From positions 20,090,001-20,154,000 of the forward strand of contig NC_087437.1 of NCBI RefSeq assembly GCF_036321535.1: a DNA stretch of 64,000 nucleotides, in the 5' to 3' direction. Positions 13,570 through 26,020 of this stretch are shown here, piece after piece. The stretch's first letter is position 1. Each line of letters starts with the position of its first letter. The notes under the pieces are model-generated. The model was not told the origin of the DNA, made no database searches, and worked only from the letters and a program-made list of their open reading frames with translations. Source of the DNA: Camelus dromedarius. Its lineage: Eukaryota. Both the position numbers and the translations under genes were made by a program.

Positions 13570-13760
13570 AATAACAGCTGCTCCCGAGTGCTGGCTGTGT
13601 GTTTGGCACATGGCATAAGAATCAGAAAGAGTAGATATTTGTCTCCCCATTTTACAGAGGTAGAAACTGAGGCTCAGTATCATATCCAAGCTCCCAAAGC
13701 AGGTACACGAAGGAGACAGAATTTGAGTCTGGGCATAATCCATTGTTCAGCCTCTCTGGA
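13570..13760 (-). mobile_element. MIR SINE
   Basis: ccccattttacagaggtagaaactgaggctcag core. Confidence 0.8.
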
Positions 13761-14565
13761 GCCTGGGGTTTGAGGGGAGGAGGGAGGTGAGACCGGGCTG
13801 CAGCTGGAGACCAGTCAGGAAGGGTCTTGAGCATCACTCTAGGGGCTTGGCCTTCCTTCTTTCTAGTTTGCCAGGCTCCGCCTGTGCACAGGCCTCCCCT
13901 GGGCATCCCCAGAATTGTGGACAAGCCCCGCAGAATGGCGGAGCTCTCCCACCACTCAGGGCTTGGATTCTTAGACACAGAGCCCCCTGCCTAATGGGGT
14001 GGGGTTGGGAATGGACTCTCTGCCAAGTGCACAGCCACCCCAGCTTTCATCAGCCTGTCAGAGCCAGTGCAGGCATGCCAAGATTTTGCTAAAAGCCAAC
14101 TGCTTCCAGTGTATTAGAAGCTGAGGTCCTGGGCAGGGGGAGATTTGTGTTTTCTTTACAGGACAGTTCCCACTGCCCTGTGTGAACTGCACAGCAGAGA
14201 ACCTGCTGCCAGAGGCTTCAATCGGCAACATTCTCTGGACAGTGGGCTCAGGGGGTTGCTAAGTGCACCCTGTCATCATGAACCAAATTGTACAGCCTCA
14301 CGGGTGAGGAAGGGGCTAGTGATCCCGGCAATTGTCAGCCTCCACCACCCTCTTGGAGATGAACCTCTAAGGACAGCGTGGGGCAGCTGCCTCTTCCCAA
14401 TCAGCAGCAACGTTGCTGTCTCCGGAAGGGGCCGTTGCCCGTTGGGGCTCAGCAGGCCAGATCCAGGATCCAAATTCAGGAACGTGGGGCTGTTTCTGTG
14501 GGAGCTGTCACTCAGCTCTACATTTACCTCTAAGGCGCAGGGGCTGCCCAGACTGTGCTGGCAGA

Positions 14566-15000
14566 TGGGTTCATTTCCAAGGGCCGCTATAACAAACACA
14601 GACCAAATGACATAAACAACAGAAATTTACTGTCTCTCAGTTCTGGAGATGAGGAGCCTGAAATCAAGGGGTTGGCAGGTGGGTTCCTGTTGAAGGCTGT
14701 GTAGGAGAATCTGTTCTAAGTCTTTCCCTGGTTTCTGGTGGCCTCAGGCATTCCTTGGTTTGTAGATGGTGGTCTCCCTGTACCTTCACATCATCTTCCC
14801 TCTGTACATGTCTAACTCTGTGTCCAAATTTCCCCTTTTATTAAGGACACAGTCATGTTGGACTAGGGCCCATCCTAATGACCTCACTTTAACTTGAGCA
14901 TCTGAAAAGACCCTATTTCCAAATGAGGTCACTCACATTCACAGATACCAGGGGTTAGGACCCTTCAACATCTTTGAGGGGAACACAATCAACCCGAAAT
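14566..15000 (-). mobile_element. MaLR solo LTR (MLT1B/C-like)
   Basis: aacaacagaaatttactgtctctcagttctggag...taaggacacagtcatgttggactagggcccatcctaatgacctc...gaccctatttccaaatgaggtcac. Confidence 0.9.
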
Positions 15001-15469
15001 AGCTGAGATGCTGCCCTTGTGTCTGAATCTGCGTGGGGAAAATGAATATGTTGGCTGCCTCCACTGATGGAGGTACATTCAGGGGTGGGACTGCCTGCAC
15101 CTGAGATGGAGAATATAATCCTCTTCACTCTGAGATCTTGAGCCCAGGACAAGCCCATGAAGAAAGCGTCTCTGCTGGGGGTGAACAGAGCCTGAGCCTC
15201 CACCAGCTGACGTTTCATTTGCATTATCCTTTTCAGAGGTTGTTGGACACTAATTGAGCTCTTACTCTTGGTGTCAAACTAGTGTAAGGGGCTTATATGT
15301 GTTAACTGATCTTTTCTATGTGAGGTGGATACGAGCAAGAGACTCGTTTTACAGACAGCAGGTAGCTTTCCTGGACTCACTGAAGTGACAGAAGTGGAAT
15401 GAAAACTCAGGCACTCTGACTCCAGGGCCTGAGTCCTTAACCCTACATTCTCGATTATGTGGATTTCTA

Positions 15470-15606
15470 AGCTCTCTGTGCCCAGCCCAGAGCTTCTGAT
15501 TTAGCAAATCTGAAATGGAGCCCAGGAATCTGAATTTTAAGAGCCCCTGTAGTGACTGTAGTGATTCTGATGCAGGGTCCATGGTTTGCACTTTGATAAA
15601 CAGTGT
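15470..15606. mobile_element. MER5-like hAT-Charlie fragment
   Basis: ttctgatttagcaaatctg...cccaggaatctgaattttaa...gtgattctgatgca...cactttgataaacagtg. Confidence 0.65.
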
Positions 15607-16947
15607 CCTCCTGTTTCCACTGAAATAACTTTGTCAGGTAGGGTCGTAGATCTGCAGGCCTTGGAGTAGCAAGAGTGAGCATCCTGGTTTTCCTCCCACT
15701 TCTCTAACTGCTGTCTCTTTCCCTTCAGGACTCAGTGATGGGTTTCCGTATGTGCCCACTTCATTCTCTTCACACATTAGCCCGAGGAATCTATTTGCAG
15801 TGCAAACCTAGTGCCATGTGAGCCCGTAGCTTAGAATAAAACTCCATCCATAACATGGCCATGCCACAGGTCCTCCAGGAGCCAACCCTGCTCACACCTG
15901 GGTTTATGTCCCAGCTCTGCCAATGGAGCAAGTATTTTAGTCCCTCTGAGACTCACATATAAAGCAGAAATAATATCATCTCTTCCACAAGGGTGTTAGC
16001 CAGGATGGACCATGGCAATGCATGTAACAGTCCAGTTCCACTCCTGGCCCCTAGGGGGCGCACAGCAAGAGGCGGCTTTCATGATAAGTGCACCTTAGGA
16101 ACTGTAAGGCTCATCGGAGAGCTCTTGTTTGAGGGGACCTAGAAGGATGTGTTGGTGCACTTTACTGCACAGGCCTGGCACTAGTTTCTGAGGGGCTTTT
16201 CCCGCCCGGGACCCTGGGAGAACACACACCTTGTAGAACAGACGAGGGAAGTGTGGACCATTCTTCCTCCAGGCTTGAAGGTTCTCAGTGTCCAGGTGCA
16301 GCATCCTCCCCATCCTCAGCCTGGCCAGATGCTCTCTTATTCTTGTGTGCATGGTGCTTGTCTGCTTTATCCAAACAGATAGTAGGGTGGGCATTGCAGG
16401 CTCTTAGCTAACGAGGTGGGGGCAGAGATGAGGGTTCTGGCCGCCTGATACAGACCCACATATGCTGCTCTATTAGAAGAGGGGGGGGTGGGTCACACTA
16501 TGCAGTGGCTTCTCTCAGCAGAGCTGCCCCGTGTCAGCAGCCGTGACCAGCAGCACCACACCATCTGCTTCTTGGACAGTGGTCGAGTATGGGTTTGAGG
16601 TGGGCAGTCCGGGTTTGAATGTGACCCTTGGAACGTTGGTACCTTGTCTGTACCATGTGGTACCTTGTCTGAATTGAAGCATCTCAAGGATGCTTTTTTT
16701 CCATTTGGACTATTGGTGCTTTTTTGAAATCCCAAGAAGAGCCCTGACCAATGTTCTGTTTAGAGAAAAGAAGAACACTGATAACTATGGTGCTCACCCT
16801 CTCTCCTTCCCCCTTCTCCAAGGACAAGGTACCAAGATGACCAGAAGAGACCCTTTGGAATGACAGTGAGATGAAGAGTAATTACAGGCATGTAGTTTGC
16901 TAATCAGTTGCTCCCAGAATCTTAAAGCTGGAAGGGACCATACGGCT

Positions 16948-17075
16948 CAGTGATTTCCAAATCTGGCGCACGTCAGCATCATCTGGGGAACTTTAAAAAG
17001 ATACCAATTCCCAGGTCATAAACTAAACCTACTGAATGAGATCCTTGGGACCGCGGCCCATAAATCTTTGCATTG
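16948..17075. mobile_element. MER5A-like hAT-Charlie fragment
   Basis: cagtgatttccaaatctgg...catctggggaactttaaaaagatacc...acctactgaatgaga. Confidence 0.65.
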
Positions 17076-17359
17076 TGCCTCCTCAGAGCCACAGGGGACT
17101 TGAAATAGAGGCTTAGAAGTTTTCATCCTTAGCTGAATTGCATGTGCCCTGTGGTTCCCCAAGGCACACATAGAGTAGAACCCCTATACTACTCAGGTCT
17201 CCAAACTATTCAAAACAAGCACTTGGAGGATATGTTACTTAACGGACATTATGCTGGCAGCTGCACTATAGTTGGCCGTACACCCATCTGGCCTTAGTTT
17301 CCTAATCTCTGGAAGTTAGACCTGGTCCAAGCCACAGCACTGCATTATGCAGGAGGCAG

Positions 17360-17535
17360 AGCCCAAGTTTTGGGGTTGGACTTGGTTCAGACACTGGCCC
17401 CACCACTTACAAACTGTATGGCCTTGGGCAGGGTACAAGGGTCCCCTAGCTTCCTCTGGGCAACCAGGTTGACCTTGCAGAGTTTCCATGGGAATTAACA
17501 GAGATGGTTATTGTGAAATGAGCGGTGCATAAAAG
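17360..17535 (+). mobile_element. MIR SINE, diverged
   Basis: ccaccacttacaaactgtatggccttgggcag core-like segment. Confidence 0.55.
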
Positions 17536-17961
17536 ACCACCAGGGTTCTTCCCCGACTCCCTCAGATTTAGGTCAAATGTGCCCCTTTATGATCTTATTG
17601 AAACAAGTCCTTGCCCAGCAGATGTCTTTCTAAAGCATGCATTTCCTCTTGGCCCAAGCTAACTTGGGAAGCAGACCTGACTTTAAAGAGCTCTAATGTA
17701 CTTCTCACATATATTTCACCTCCGTCTGCATATGGAACATTGTAATAATCCACGCGGACTAGATTTGCAAATGAGCGCCAGAGAGTGAATAAATGGGGTT
17801 AAAAGCTTATAGAACGACCCCAATTTTTGTAAAAAAGTTAAAATGAAAGTAATAACTATATATATATGGAATGATTTGTATATGCAAAGAGAAGTCTATA
17901 AAGCATAGTATTAACAGTTGTTTTGTCTGGAAGGTGCAATTATAAAGGATTTTCATTTCCT

Positions 17962-18560
17962 TTTTGTTTTTTAATAAACTTTGTTTTTTAGAGTAGTTTT
18001 AGATTTACAGAAAATTTTCAAATGATAGTACAGAGAATTCCCCTACAGCCAATTCTCATTTTCTCTTATCATTAACATCTCACATTAATATGGTACATTT
18101 GTGACAATTAATGAACCAATATTGATTCCACACTTTATTCAGATTTTCTTACTGTTTCCCTCTTGTCCTTTTCTGGTCCTAGGACCCCATCCAGCATATC
18201 TCATTCCATTCGGTCCTCCTGTCTCCTCAGGTTCCTCTTGGCCGGGACTGCATCTCAGCCTGCCCTTGTTTTTGATGACCCTTGACAGCTTTGAGCTATA
18301 CTGATCAGGCATGCTGAAGAATGTCCCTTGATTGGGATTTGTCTCAGGGTTTTCTCATGATTAGTCTGGGGCTATGAGTTCTGGGGAGGAAGATCACAGA
18401 AGTCGAGGACTGTTTCCATCACATCACATGAAGGGCACATGCAGTCAACTTGACTTGCAGCTCTAGATGTTGACCTTGGTCACCAGGCTTAGGTCATGAT
18501 AGTCAGGTTTCTCCACCATAAATGTTGTTATCTCTACCCATCCCCCTTTCCCATACTAGA
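17962..18560 (-). mobile_element. L1 3' end (L1MC-like), nested in an older + strand L1ME-like 3' end (~17800-17960 and ~18565-18665)
   Basis: ttagagtagttttagatttacagaaaa...ggtacatttgtgacaattaatgaaccaatattgat...gggaggaagatcacagaag. Confidence 0.8.
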
Positions 18561-19574
18561 CTCTTTTATTTATTGTTCTGTATTATCTGAAGTTTTCTTT
18601 TTCTTTCTATGAATATCAACTTTGATAATCAAGGAGGGGAAAAAAGATATTTTCATTTGGAAAAAAAAAGTGGACAGTCTTATCAGACTTTTGTCCTTTC
18701 TTTCTATGTTGTTTTGGCTTGATTTTCACGTGACGGCACAGGGCTCCTCCAGAAGTCTCTGCAGGTGGTTGGTCTGGTTAGAGCCGTGGTCCCTGCTAAG
18801 TGTGACTCGACCTCAGCCCCCACCTCTGGCCTTATGGAGGGTGTATCAGGCAGCGCAGCTTCCAATGGTGCCACACGAGCAGGCCCATAAATCAGCCAGG
18901 AGCCTGGCCCTCACTGTAAAAGTGAAGAGGACTTTCCACCGCATTTTATCCTTGCTGCCCAAGGTAGACAGGGCAAGGGCATAAATCTTGCTGAAGGAGA
19001 AGTTCTCATCTAGCCACCTGAAAACACCCCTGTAGCTTGGAAGACAATCTGTTTCACACCTCTGTCCTCTCAAAAACCCCCAGCCCCCTTTGCCAGGCTG
19101 GGCACATTGTGTCCTATTCTCAGTGGGAATCGATGAGTCCTCCTCTTGTCCTTGGCTTTTTGTCAAAGCAGCGAACGAGAGTGATGCTTTGAAATCAGAC
19201 AGCTTTTTCCTATGGTAATAGTTTTTTGGCCACCCACAGCAGCCATCCTTGTTTTTCCGGGGGTTTTGTTTGTTTCTCTGCTTTTCAAAAGAAACAGATC
19301 TCCAGAGTGAGTCTGAGAGCAGGGGTCTAATTGCTCTGCTTTAAAGGGAGGCTGGTGCAGAAGGCAAGGCTCAGAAATGTCATCGCGGGGACTGAGTATC
19401 CTGGGATGGGTGGCCTGGGGGTGGCGCTTCTTTTATTTAACACCTAAAAGAGAAGAAAAGAGTCTTCGATCATGCCTTGTCTTAGCCTGTCTTCCTGGCC
19501 TAGGCAGCATTTCTCTGTGATGTGGAACGTTCTCAGCAAATTTCACAGCTCTGAGTGGCTTCTCTTGTCTAACA

Positions 19575-19690
19575 CAGAGCTTCTCCACCTCGGCACCATC
19601 GACACTGTGGACAGAATCATTCTTTGCTGTAGAGACTGTCCTGAGCACTTAAGATACATTGGCCCGTGTCCCCTGAGGGGAAACCACCCT
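19575..19690. mobile_element. MER20-like hAT fragment
   Basis: cttctccacctcggcaccatcgacactgtggacagaatcattctttgctgt...gactgtcctg. Confidence 0.7.
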
Positions 19691-19884
19691 CAGCTATTCT
19701 GTAGGGATGGGTATCTGTCTAGGGACTGTACAGTGGAACACAGGGACACCCTGGGATATGCTTGTGTTCCTGCTTGAGGACTGGTAGATACAGGCACTTC
19801 CTGTGTAGGGAGGATGACTTGCTAGCTGTTAACTGAAGAGGGTGGAAGGGGAAACCTGGGAGGCAGTCTCCATCACTGTTCCTG

Positions 19885-20410
19885 TTCCAGTTACCTGTTG
19901 CTGTGTAACAAAGCACCCCAAACTCGGTGCAGTAAAGCAGCAACCATTTCTGGATTCTGTGGACTTTAGGAGGGGCACAGCAGAGATGGCTCATCCCTGT
20001 CCTTGATGTCTGAGGCCCTCAGTCGGAAGATTCGAAGGTTGGGAGGGACTTGACACCCGGGGCTCAGAATCATCCAAAGCTGTCTTCTCTCACATGCCCG
20101 GCAGGTGATGCTGGCTGTCATCTAGAACTAATCTGGGGCTGTGGCCAGAACATCTACTCATGGCCTCTCCATGTGTTCTGGGCTTCCTCACAACATGGTG
20201 GCCTCAGGGCACGCATATGATAACGTGGTGTCTCGGGCTGCCAAAGGTGACAAGAGAACCTGGTGGAAACTAGGTTGTCTTTTATGACCAAGCTTTGGAA
20301 CTCAACAAGACAAAGCCTCCACTCTGGTCAGAAGCACTCCCGAATGGGAGGAGTGTCGAAGTCACATTGTACAAAGAACACCCGGGTAGGAGCTCTTGCT
20401 GTGGTCACTG
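19885..20410 (-). mobile_element. MaLR solo LTR (MLT1F/G/H-like)
   Basis: cagttacctgttgctgtgtaacaaagcaccccaaact...catggcctctccatgtg...gggcttcctcacaacatggtggcc. Confidence 0.8.
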
Positions 20411-21416
20411 CCCCAGTCCCTCCCTGACTTGTCTTTCTGTGGAGTATGTTTCCCTCACCCCATCCCCTGGGTCCTGACACCTGACTCTCTTTTCTGAGGC
20501 TCTCTGCTCCCATTCACCACAGAGGCTCCCCCATAATCAAAGAGACTGAGTTGAAATTACCCTATAAGTCTGCTAGAAAAGGATGATACTGGGGTTTTCT
20601 TTGTTTTATTCCCTATGAATATCTCCAGTGACTCTGAGAACCTTTTGGTTCTCAATTCTAGAAGTCTCAATTCTAGAAGTTGTAAATGCTATTTTTAAGG
20701 CAAAACCACAGCATTGGTTACTATGAGGTTAGCTCAATAAAGAATTTGGGGACTGATGTACTTGAAATAAGATTTCACATAAATCTTTGCTTTTGAGAGA
20801 CTGTCTTAAGAAGTCAACTTGTGTCTTCCAGACTCTATCTACAAATGTGTAGTACAGACACTGACTTCTTAATAAGAGTTTACTGAATAAATGTTTCTGA
20901 TCTCAGTGACTGGGTATTTTATTATATTCAGTATTGTTATTTTAGTGGATTGTGAGATTTTCTTTGAGCCTGGAAGTTCTAGATAAAATATGAATAGATG
21001 AAGTTTTGCTCCTCTTTAATCCTCATGCAAATTCTGGTTACACTGAATAAGTTCATATGATTATTCTGTTAACTTGAGTTTCTAGGCTGTGGCATAGCTA
21101 TATAGCTAAATTTTTGCCTGTGATAGTTTTGAGCCCTTGCTACAAGAAGTCTATCATCACTCATGTATGTGCAGCGCGTTGTTTGTTCCTGGCCGAAGAC
21201 TCACTGGTTTGATCATTCTATTGTCTTTACTGCTATGTGCTCAGACATATGCTAAGTGTCAGGCATGGATGACCATCCAAAAGAAGGCAGACCCTGCCCT
21301 CAAGTCTCAGGGCTGCTTCTTGCTTCCTTTGTTTCTCTGCTGTGTTCATTTCCAGTTGGTTATGATTAGCATATTCTTGCTTCTCCGGCCTCATTCCCAT
21401 TCTTTGCCTTGCCTGG

Positions 21417-21815
21417 GGTATCAGTCTGCTATGTTTTCAGTAATGCTGCATAACAAGCTAGCCCACTTCTTGTTGGCATACAAAAATAAGCATTTATTTA
21501 CTACTTACTTGTCTGTCATCATCCAGAGTTTGGCTGATTTGAGTTGAGCTCAGATGAGATAAGGTTCAGGTCTGCTCTACGCATATCTCATTGTTGGGCC
21601 TGAAATATGTTCTTATTGCAAAAGTCAGGAGCCCAAAAGAGTAAATTTGACTGCGCAAGTGTATTTTAAGCCTCTGCTTACATCATGTCTAATAACATAC
21701 CAATGGCCAAAACAAGTCATGTTTTCTGCCCAAAGTCAAGATACATACCAGTAGACTCCTCCATGGAGGCAGGGGGAGAGTGCTTGAATATTTCCTGAGC
21801 AGTGATCTAATCTAG
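21417..21815 (-). mobile_element. Old MaLR LTR (MLT1I/J-like)
   Basis: gtaatgctgcataacaa...catttattt...ttttaagcctctgcttacatcatgtctaataacatacc aatggccaaaacaagtcat. Confidence 0.7.
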
Positions 21816-21839
21816 CTCACCCAGTACTTCTTTTACAAG

Positions 21840-22200
21840 TGTCATGCTCTTTCTGGCCTCTGGGCCTTTGGTAAACCATCCGCTGGACCTGACCCTTGGA
21901 GGTCAAATTACCACACTCCCTGGCTCATTCTTTCATACTTACATTTTGAGATTCCAGGCAGGAGCCACCTCCTCTGAGACATCTTCCCTGATAACACACT
22001 TAGGTTCCTGGACTCTCATCTAGGTTCCTATAACATTCTGCACATACTACACCAAGTGGATGTGTCTGTTGGTCTCTGTCACCCCCACCATACCATGAGT
22101 ACCGGGTGCATCCCAGCACCATTCTTTCCTTGGCATGCAGCACAGGCTCAAAGGTTTTGAAGAGCAAATGCATGCCGTGTTTGTGGCATTAGGTGAGGGG
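21840..22200 (+). mobile_element. L2 fragment
   Basis: gcctctgggcctttg...cacctcctctgagacatcttccctga...ccttggcatgcagcacaggctcaaa. Confidence 0.5.
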
Positions 22201-25200
22201 GTTGTGATATCTCTACACTGACAGCTCTGGGGAAGCACAGATAGAACTGGGGTTTCGACTTGTCCAAGTGGGAGGACCATTTGGAATGAACCCATCTGAG
22301 CTGTCTGGGCACATCTGAGTGTGTCCAACAAATGCCATCTGCTTCTGAGGCATGTGGAGACTGGGAAATCAGTGTAGACCATGGCTTAGGTTCTGTTCTG
22401 GAGGGCATCAGATCCTCACTTGCCCGTTTTGAATTTGTTACCTCCTGTCTTGACTCAGATGAGGAGTAGGTCTGATTAGCTGCCAGTTTTCTCCCCACGT
22501 AGTAGTCTTGGAGGATTCGAGGCAAGGAGGCAATGGGTAGATACAGGCTGTTTTATGCAGGATCTGTCACTGATTTGTCATTAGTGTTCCTGTGTTGATT
22601 TTCTCAGCAAAGGGGGTGGGGCTGGGAATGTGGAGCAGAAAGCCATGCATGTAGTTAAAGACAGCAACATATGTGGCTGCCACTCATCTCCGTTTGGAAT
22701 TTTCCAGATGCAATAAGGAGGGTGGAGGGGACAGACATGCAGGCTGCTTTCAACCCACTTCAGATTCTTCAGAACAGGGCTGCAAATGGGAATGAATATG
22801 TTTGCCGGACGGTACTTTAAAGTCACAGCTGCTCCTCATTTAAAGAAATCCAAAGCCTTTCACTATGATCAATTTGCAGGTAACTCAATTATCTGTGTTT
22901 GCCGGTTCAGTATGGTACTCTGAGCTATCACAGCCCATCATCTCAGCCTTCTGAAACCACGCATGGCTTCCCAGGTTGGGTCTTCATCCAAAGAAGTAAG
23001 TGGAGACGTTCAAAAAGCCTCTTCCAAATCAATACACAGAATATGAGAGATGGCAGGGAATGGCAGAGCCCCAAACCCTGCTCTCTCTTCTTGTGCCATT
23101 TCTAATTTCCCTAGGTGTGCAAATATTCAGATGAGTCTCACCATCTCAAAGTTGTTTATTCCATGTGTGAGTTGGCTGTCATAGACAAGATACCACATTG
23201 TTTATTCAAGTTTAGAATTTCCTATTAGCCAAGTCCATGCAGCTACCTTGCATATAATAGCCAGAACAAGTTCTTTTGGGTATTCTCGTTTCAAGACAGG
23301 CTACAGGGAGTTGTTACAACAGCTTATGGGGCAGGTGCACCTCCCTGTTGTTTTCAGTGACCCTGTCTGCTGGCTGCTCCCGTTCGATCCCCTCTATGTA
23401 TCCACAGCCCCATGCTGTGCTTTGCCTGCCCATGTTCCCAGTTCTGCCCATTCAGATCTTCTAGGCAGTATCCCCTGCTAGCACCAGTGCTTGGCATGGA
23501 GGAGTTATTCAATAAGCTTGTAGGTTTGAATTAAGAGAATTAAGTAAGTTTAGGAACAAGAGTCAAATATGCAGAAATTCTGAACTGAGCCCTTTTCAGT
23601 CCCTACTTATCTCAAACTGGGGCTGAAAATTTTCTTTGAGTATCTTTATACAGTCATTCTCTCACTTTCCCCAATGACTCTTAGCCAATCACTTTATCCT
23701 GCAGCATTTTATGGTGCTCATCTGCAAAACTGAGATAATGACAACCTTGAATGTGGCTGTGAGGATGACGGGTAATAGATAATGAAATGCTTATGGCCCT
23801 CGGAAGATGATCCAGAATCTGAAATAATGGTTAATATTGGGTCTCTGCATCTACCAACCCACTTAACCTGACTAAGGTAGTGGCACAGATTCCCTGTACT
23901 AGTCCCTTAGGCCACCATATTTTCTTTTCTTCTAATACATAGTAAACATGGGAAGAATATCTTACCTAACGTCATTTTTTACAACCTTTCTCTCCTGGGA
24001 GGGGTTTCACAGCTTTACTAAAGTTTTGTTTCATTTTCTTGAAGGGAGCTCAGATTCTGTTTTCTTCTGAGAATCATACATACATGTTTTGAACAGACTC
24101 ATTTTCTTGTTACTTTTCTTACAAAACACCATTGATGGAAACATTGAGTAGAATGTCTTATTTGGAGTCTCCTAGTAGACTAAAAACCAAATCAAAAACA
24201 AACCCCATTTTGCTATTGAAGTTTTCCTTGTTGAATAGGAGAGATTAAGTCATTTCAGTGACACGCAATCTGAGGGGGTTGAAGATCCCAAGGAGGTTTT
24301 GCAAAATCTTGAGCCCAGTGTGGTTTGGTCTCATGCTATTTACAAGATGGTGCCTCAGAGTCCACCATATTGGTGGGCTCCAGTCATTTTCCTGGAGTCT
24401 CAAACCAGAGAGTGAGCAAAGGTGAGTCACCTGGAATGGATTTATTATCTCGTCATGGTTCCTCTGGTTTTTGGTGAAGCAAACATCCGATTAATCACTA
24501 AAACACAGATTTCTACCCCTCTTTATCGCTGAGCATGGCTGGAGCTCTGTGTAGATAAGACCTCAGTGAATCATTTCTCCTCTTAAAGCAAAGGAGAGTT
24601 AGCAGTCATAGCAAATAGACTTTTATGATCTCCAGGTAACATCTCCTTCGATCTGCCTCTCAGGAATTGTTGTTAAAGGGGTTAGTTGTAGGTGCTTGTT
24701 TTCACAGCAGTTTTCATCAAAAGCTCATAGATCTATTGCATCTCTACTAGAATGCCTTATACAGAATTGCTTCTTCAGGGAAAAAAAAGCATAGAGGTGG
24801 AACTTTTGAAGAATTTCTGTGTGGAACCTCTTCATTTCTTTTGATGAAGGAAAAAAAAAAAATGGCTTTTGACCCAAGAGCCAAGTCTGATCAACTCATT
24901 CTGGCAGCGTGGAGAGCTGGGTTGAGAAGGATTCTGATGCTTAATATTAACTCAGAACAGAGGGTGCTGTGATGAATTAGCATTGACTGTCACTTGGGTA
25001 GAAAGGAAGAGCATGGCACAGGGGTTGTGTAATGGGTCCACCTCCTATACTTGCAAAGTGAACCAATTCTGGTCAAGTTATAAAGCCCTGGCCCTTAGAA
25101 AATTCCTCTTGAAATGGTAGAGTTACCAAAATGAGATGTAGCTGTAGTCCTTTGGCTTCAAACTCTCGGGCGGGCGGGAGTGAAATCATTCAGTCTAATC

Positions 25201-25463
25201 CCACAGGCTTGGATAGGTAGAACTGCACTTTGTCATTTCATTTCTGGAGCACTGGAGCCCAAAGCAAAAATTTTAACTTTTAAAACTTCTGTTTCAAATG
25301 AAAAGGGCTTGTCCCTTCTCTGGTCACCTTTATATGCATGCGCCTACTTAGGGTCAATCAGCAAAGACCATCTACAATTGCCTTGCACTCTCCCCCGTCT
25401 GTCCCTGTGTCTGTGTCAGTTGGCGTACCTCTCCTGCCAGCCAAGCATCAAGAAAGGATGTGC

Positions 25464-25659
25464 TGTGTTCTTATAATGAACTGTAATGAAAAAGAACCTG
25501 AAAATATACGTCTCTCTGTCTTTATGTATTTACGTGTGTGTGTGTATACACACACACATACATAGAGTGTATAACTGAATCACTTTGCTGCATACCTGAA
25601 ACTAACATTGTAAATCGACTACACTTCAATAAAAAAAAAAAGAATTAAAAAAAGAAATA
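25464..25659 (+). mobile_element. Young 5'-truncated L1 3' end with TSD
   Basis: taactgaatcactttgctg..cctgaaactaacattgtaaatcgactacacttcaataaa plus A tail. TSD aagaaaggatgtgc (25450-25463) vs aagaaaagatgcgc (25660-25673). Confidence 0.9.
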
Positions 25660-25934
25660 AAGAAAAGATGCGCCATTAGTCATTTCCATCTCAGCATGAC
25701 TTTTGCTGTTTTCTTTCTCTCAGAGAATCAGAGTTTGAAATTTCTCTGAGAAATGGAAGACTTCTGTTAACAAGAAGGCTGGCCATAGCCACAATAGCAG
25801 ATGGGGGACAGGATGGCCTTTATATTAGGTTCAAAGTCACACCACACATCTTGGCCTAATGTGCCTGATACAAGAGGCCAGCTCTGCTGCTGAATGACCT
25901 ATGCTGGAGTGAACTCCTCTAAAGAGTCCACTGT

Positions 25935-26020
25935 CGAGGGGAGGTTACAGCTCAGTGGTAGAGTGCGTGCTCAGCATGCATGAGGTCCTGGGTCCCCAGT
26001 ACCTCTATTTAAAAAAAAAA
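25935..26020 (+). mobile_element. tRNA-Ala-derived SINE (vic-1-like), short form
   Basis: agctcagtggtagagtgcgtgctcagcatgcatgaggtcctggg head, B box partly deleted, A tail. TSD aaagagtccactgt (25921-25934) vs aaagattccactgt (26021-26034). Confidence 0.92.

Noticed and set aside
15700..15755. Strong acceptor (ctctaac...tctctttcccttcag) with nearby gtatgt
   Set aside because: Would give only a ~19-nt exon with no supporting partner exons; such signals are frequent by chance.
16637..16671. 14-bp direct repeat tggtaccttgtctg
   Set aside because: Small local duplication within MIR-like sequence; two units only, not an array.
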